The notes under the pieces are model-generated. The model ran no database searches. It saw only the letters and a list, made by a program, of their open reading frames with translations, and had not been told where the DNA came from. Positions 21,268-24,000 of a stretch of 24,000 nucleotides of DNA are shown here, piece after piece. Source of the stretch: Candidatus Micrarchaeota archaeon (GTDB lineage Archaea; Micrarchaeota; Micrarchaeia; Micrarchaeales; CABMGC01); the NCBI GenBank assembly GCA_030040265.1, contig JASHUB010000025.1:4271-28270 (forward strand), read 5' to 3'. The first letter of the stretch is position 1, and each line of letters opens with the position of its first letter. The position numbers and the translations under genes are program-made.

Positions 21268-22383
21268 ATGAATGTTGACTGGGATAATTTCAGGACGATT
21301 TGGCTGAAGAAGGGAGACCAGAAGACAGTGCAGATAATCGACCAGAGGTCACTCCCGCACCAGTTCGTCATCGAAGACATAACCACCGTTGACCAGATGG
21401 CTGTTGCAATCCGGGACATGCACCTGCGGGGCGCAGGCCTCATAGGGGCAGCCGGCGGTTACGGCATGTATCTCGCAATCATCGAGGATCCAGACAGCGC
21501 AGTGAAGGCCGCGGCAAAGCTCAATGCCACTAGGCCTACGGCAAGGCCTTTGTTTGCGGCGACAGAAAGGCAGCTTGCCGCGCTCGAAGGACTGCAGTCT
21601 GCCACAGAAAGAAGGAGCGCGGCGCTGGATGTTGCCGAGCTGATCGCCAATGAGGATGCTGATCACTGCAGGCTCATAGGCGAGCATGGGGCCCAGCTCA
21701 TAAAGGAGCTAAGCGAGAAGAAGGGCGGCGAAACCGTCAACATAGCGACGCACTGCAACGCCGGCCCACTGGCGTTCGTCGCGAACGGCACCGCCACGTC
21801 GCCCGGGATACAGGCGCATAGGGACGGCATAAGAGTGCACTTCTTGGTCGACGAGACCAGGCCTCGGAACCAGGGCGCATCGCTGACCGCGTGGGAGCTC
21901 GATTCCATGGGGATCCCGCACCACGTCATAGTCGACGGTGCAAGCGGTCACACGATGCAGACGGGCCAGGTGGACATCGTCATGGTCGGCGCCGACAGGG
22001 TCGCTAGAAACGGGGATTTTGCAAACAAGATAGGAACGTACATGAAGTTCGTGGCTGCGGCTGACAGCCATGTCCCAGCGTTCTGCAACTTCCCTTCATC
22101 TACCGTCGACTGGAGCATACCCACTGGCGCCGCGATACCGATAGAGGAACGAAACCCAGACGAGGTCCGGTACATACAGGGACTTGCGAGGGATGGCAGG
22201 CCCACAGACGTCCTGCTCACGCCGCAGGGCAGCCCTGCAAAGAACTGGGCCTTCGACGTCACTCCAGCAAGGCTTGTCACCGGACTCGTAACCGAGCGGG
22301 GTGTCTGCAAGGCTAGCGAGGATGCCCTGAGGGGGATGTTCCCGGAAAAGGCGTCGCCGTCGAGAAGAGTAAGCACGCGCTGA
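21268..22383 (+). CDS. mtnA: Methylthioribose-1-phosphate isomerase family (MtnA / aIF-2BI, eIF-2B alpha/beta/delta-like)
   Basis: The N-terminus IWLKKGD..VQIIDQRSLPH......T..Q.A.AIRDM.LRGAGLIG is MtnA-type. It also has the catalytic-region motifs THCNAGPLA and GADRVARNGDFANKIGTY. Confidence 0.75.
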   Translation: MNVDWDNFRTIWLKKGDQKTVQIIDQRSLPHQFVIEDITTVDQMAVAIRDMHLRGAGLIGAAGGYGMYLAIIEDPDSAVKAAAKLNATRPTARPLFAATERQLAALEGLQSATERRSAALDVAELIANEDADHCRLIGEHGAQLIKELSEKKGGETVNIATHCNAGPLAFVANGTATSPGIQAHRDGIRVHFLVDETRPRNQGASLTAWELDSMGIPHHVIVDGASGHTMQTGQVDIVMVGADRVARNGDFANKIGTYMKFVAAADSHVPAFCNFPSSTVDWSIPTGAAIPIEERNPDEVRYIQGLARDGRPTDVLLTPQGSPAKNWAFDVTPARLVTGLVTERGVCKASEDALRGMFPEKASPSRRVSTR

Positions 22384-22537
22384 ATCTGCTGCCGGACTTT
22401 TGCGACGTGTCGCCGTCGGCTGACCGAAAGATTTAAATATCTTAATGTATACTTATTGTAGTGCTTGTTTTAGGAAGGTTTATAAAATTGACCCCGTCAC
22501 CAAAATCATATTAGAAAAAATATAAAACGTGATAACG

Positions 22538-23596
22538 ATGGTTAGCAAGAAGACTACCAAATCTGCCCCAAGAAGGGAATCCCATGCCGTCGAAATGACG
22601 GAATCCAGAGCCGGCGCACTCGGCGGAAGGCCCGCTGGCGCCAACGAGATCAGTGCGATCCACGAGAGGCTCGGCGCAAGGATAAGGGAGAACGTTAAGA
22701 AGTGCCCGAGCTGCGGAGCAACCGACATCATATTCGACAGCGAGAAGGGAGAGTACGTCTGCAACAGCTGCGGACTAATCATTGAAGAGAACGTGACGGA
22801 CGTCGGCCCCGAATGGAGGGCGTTCGATTCTGACCAGAGGAACACAAGGGCGAGAACGGGCGCGCCTATCAAGTACATGAAGCCCAACAAGGGACTGGTC
22901 ACAGAGATCGACATGTACAACAAGGATATTCGCGGAGCGAAGCTGCCTTCGAAGAGGCAGGCCCAGCTCTACAGGATGAGGAAGTGGCACAAGAGGGCGA
23001 GCATCGCGAGCTCCTCTGAGAGGAACTACCTCGTAGCGCTCCCTGAACTCAACAGGGTCGCGAGCTACCTCGGTCTCCCTGACAACATAAGGGAGAGCGC
23101 AGCGCTTCTCTACAGGCAGTGCGTCAAGAACAACCTCATAAGGGGAAGGCCGATCGAGACGGTGGTCAACGCAGCGCTCTACGCCACGTGCAGGAGCGCG
23201 GGCATGCCCAGGACTCTGGACGAGATAGCCCAGATATCAGGTTGCGCCAAGAAGGAGATAGGAAGGACCTACCGCGTGATAACCCACGAACTACAGCTCA
23301 AGATACCTCTGACAGACCCGGTAAGCTACGTGCCGAGATACGTCACGGCGCTCAAGCTGAGCGGCGAATCGCAGGAGAGGGCCGTGCAGCTGCTCAAACA
23401 GGCGATGAAGAAGGGCCTGGTGAGCGGAAGAAGCCCTACGGGAGTATCTGCAGCTGCGGTCTACATCGCCGGCGCGCTCGTTGGCGAGAGGAGGACGCAG
23501 AAGGAGGTCGCCGACGTGGCAGGAGTCACTGAGGTAACGATCCGAAACAGGTACAGGGAGCTGAAGAAGGAGCTCGACATTGACGTCAACCTGTAA
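22538..23596 (+). CDS. tfb: Transcription initiation factor B (TFB/TFIIB)
   Basis: Zn ribbon CPSCGATDIIFDSEKGEYVCNSCGLII, then the B-reader/linker GPEWRAF, then two cyclin-fold repeats (LYRQC...RGRPIE.V.NAALYATCR; ...GRSP.GVSAAAVYIA). The start is ATG 22538 or 22595; the track start is GTG 22529. Confidence 0.92.
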   Translation: MVSKKTTKSAPRRESHAVEMTESRAGALGGRPAGANEISAIHERLGARIRENVKKCPSCGATDIIFDSEKGEYVCNSCGLIIEENVTDVGPEWRAFDSDQRNTRARTGAPIKYMKPNKGLVTEIDMYNKDIRGAKLPSKRQAQLYRMRKWHKRASIASSSERNYLVALPELNRVASYLGLPDNIRESAALLYRQCVKNNLIRGRPIETVVNAALYATCRSAGMPRTLDEIAQISGCAKKEIGRTYRVITHELQLKIPLTDPVSYVPRYVTALKLSGESQERAVQLLKQAMKKGLVSGRSPTGVSAAAVYIAGALVGERRTQKEVADVAGVTEVTIRNRYRELKKELDIDVNL

Positions 23597-23599
23597 CCT

Positions 23600-23635
23600 G
23601 CTTTCTTTTATTCTTTCTCTTCCTTTATTTTTCTG
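23600..23635 (+). terminator. Pyrimidine/T-rich terminator candidate after tfb
   Basis: CTTTCTTTTATTCTTTCTCTTCCTTTATTTTTCT begins 4 nt after the TAA stop and contains the same TTTATTTTTCT 11-mer as 2550-2560. Confidence 0.45.
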
Positions 23636-23640
23636 ATTCA

Positions 23641-24000
23641 ATGCGCTACCTGTTAGCAGGCATAATGCTCGCGGGCCTCCTCGCGGTCTCGTTCGCGCAA
23701 GTGACTACGCCGCAGTACACGCGCCAGTCGGCGAACGCCACGATAACTAACGCGACCCTCTATCTTGAAGAGGTCAACGCGAGCGGATACATCTTCTTCT
23801 ATCCAAACATGAAGACGGCGTACGTGTACTTGTCAAAGGCGAACGCAGCGCTCAACACCTCTCCGGAGGCGGCGGTTCTCTACGCAGACGAGGCGCAGGC
23901 ATCCGCGAAGAGCCAGTACGAGTCGCTCAGCCGCTTCCGCGACATATCCCTGGCTGGCTCTGTGGTGTTCACGATAGCGATGTGCCTGCTGCTGTACTGG
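23641..24000 (+). CDS. Secreted sequon-rich protein, 3' end outside the window (not in the ORF track because no stop is reached)
   Basis: My translation from ATG 23641 is open to the window end: MRYLLAGIMLAGLLAVSFAQVTTPQYTRQSANATITNATLYLEEVNASGY...LNTSPE...LAGSVVFTIAMCLLLYW. It shows a signal-peptide-like N-terminus, 4 N-x-S/T sequons and a hydrophobic helix at the edge. Confidence 0.6.
   Translation, partial: MRYLLAGIMLAGLLAVSFAQVTTPQYTRQSANATITNATLYLEEVNASGYIFFYPNMKTAYVYLSKANAALNTSPEAAVLYADEAQASAKSQYESLSRFRDISLAGSVVFTIAMCLLLYW

Noticed and set aside
22480-22923. 147-aa hydrophobic minus-strand ORF
   Set aside because: Antisense to the 5' part of tfb, whose zinc ribbon and B-reader motifs lie on the plus strand.

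Overview
Archaeal chromosomal segment. Hallmarks are Nop5, TFB, NAC, a tRNA with an anticodon-loop intron, a Tes-like radical SAM enzyme, and TATA boxes about 25-35 nt upstream of start codons (mostly leaderless or short-leader mRNAs). Codon usage is AUA/AGG-rich, and spot counts give roughly 55-58% GC. Lineage cannot be assigned from sequence alone. I support 24 protein-coding genes (two truncated by the window edges), one pseudogene and 2 tRNAs. Most content is housekeeping (nop5, nac, tfb, mtnA-like, DHOD-like, MbfA-type iron transporter) or envelope/glycosylation (processive GT2, GT-C glycosyltransferase, several sequon-rich surface proteins). Two AT-rich accessory insertions each sit next to a tRNA. 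(1) A 564-bp mini-island is bracketed by a perfect 15-nt direct repeat of the tRNA-Ser 3' end. It carries only a DUF2283/DUF4258 toxin-antitoxin cassette, and the toxin is decayed by one premature TAG plus one frameshift. (2) A free-standing double-motif LAGLIDADG homing-endonuclease gene has a stop codon lying inside the 5' end of tRNA-Ala. Other oddities: a five-fold Cys-Gly-Cys tail on the Tes-like enzyme; a tightly packed KaiC-like ATPase / 20-Cys glycoprotein / DHH phosphoesterase operon; an HKD (PLD-like) protein split by a two-helix hydrophobic insertion; an EF-Tu-like protein without GTPase motifs coupled to an internally duplicated protein; and a 449-aa orphan. I found no CRISPR array, integrase, transposase or recognisable known defence system. 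All functional calls come from motif reading by eye and need HMM or structure searches.
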